Positions 63,336 to 64,000 of a stretch of DNA of 64,000 nucleotides are shown here, piece after piece. A model generated the notes under the pieces. It was not told the origin of the DNA. It was given only the letters and a program-made list of their open reading frames with translations, and did not search any database. Location: assembly GCF_009914755.1 (NCBI RefSeq), contig NC_060931.1; one strand, written 5' to 3'. A program made the position numbers and the translations under genes. Positions within the stretch are counted from its first letter, which is position 1. Each line of letters begins with the position of its first letter. The DNA is from the human T2T-CHM13v2.0 reference genome, Homo sapiens.

Positions 63336-64000
63336 CTGAAAAAACATAAACACACACATCAAAGTCTGCAAATCCACCACTGGGGGCTTCCTGTACCAAC
63401 CCTGCTGACATCTGTGAATACAGCTGTAAGGATACTCTGGGCAGCACCTATACGATGAGCAGCAAATGAATCAGCTCAGAGCCACACTGGGAAAAAAATA
63501 CAAGAACAATATTTAGTTACAAAATAATTTAAATGGTATGTTTCCTTTTAACGAAAGCTTCAGCACCAAAGTTTGAAGACCTGCCAAAGAGGAAGATGTT
63601 CTGATTAGCATGTAACATAGAGAGCATGAAAGCACCTTTTCAAAATCCCAGATCGTTGAGCCTAGGGCAGCACTCCTGCAGCTTGAAAAGGAAAGAGCTG
63701 CTGGTTGGATTTAACAATAAAAAAGGAAAACTTTAAAAAGACAAAAAAAAAAGGAAAGAGAAGTCCAACACATATGCAATGGTCACACCTGCATTCACCT
63801 GACTGGGAAAACAGCTGTCCTACTGCTGCTCTTTACACTGGCAAGATGGGAGAAAACTTAGCCATTGACTTGATCGGCCCTTATTTTTCTTAACTGATAA
63901 AGTGAGGTGAGAAAAACAAAAGACTGGTCCCTTCTGTTGAGTTCAAGTTTGAGTCTACCAGGCCAATTGTGAGGTCTCAGACTAAGTTCCACAACCCTGT

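Overview
Human genomic DNA, recognisable from the encoded proteins as the GALNT11-KMT2C locus (7q36.1 by recall). The + strand carries all 11 coding exons of GALNT11 (exons 2-12; ATG 3146, TAA 30562-30564; exon lengths sum to 1827 nt = 608 aa; poly(A) signal 31207). The - strand carries the last 13 exons of KMT2C/MLL3 (ePHD, FYRN/FYRC, Win, SET, post-SET; TGA 45722-45724; distal poly(A) signal 43832-43837). The genes converge across a gap of about 12.6 kb that holds old L1 fragments, an MLT2 LTR, a 32-bp minisatellite and a processed YBX1 pseudogene with target-site duplications. Introns contain many Alus plus MER20, MER85, MER44, MER94, Charlie and L1 relics. Most notable: (1) the minisatellite places seven perfect RBPJ/CSL sites (YGTGGGAA) exactly 32 bp apart, downstream of a gene known to glycosylate NOTCH1; (2) the Alu and 5' part of the YBX1 retrocopy show AT-to-GC skewed, CpG-gaining divergence, while the retrocopy 3'UTR does not; (3) two uORFs precede the GALNT11 start, one ending in a TAATG stop/start overlap; (4) GALNT11 exon 3 has a recursive-splice-type start; (5) an alternative donor next to the KMT2C Win motif would remove FVLR. 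All functional interpretations are inference. Exon numbers and repeat family names are from memory, not from a database search.
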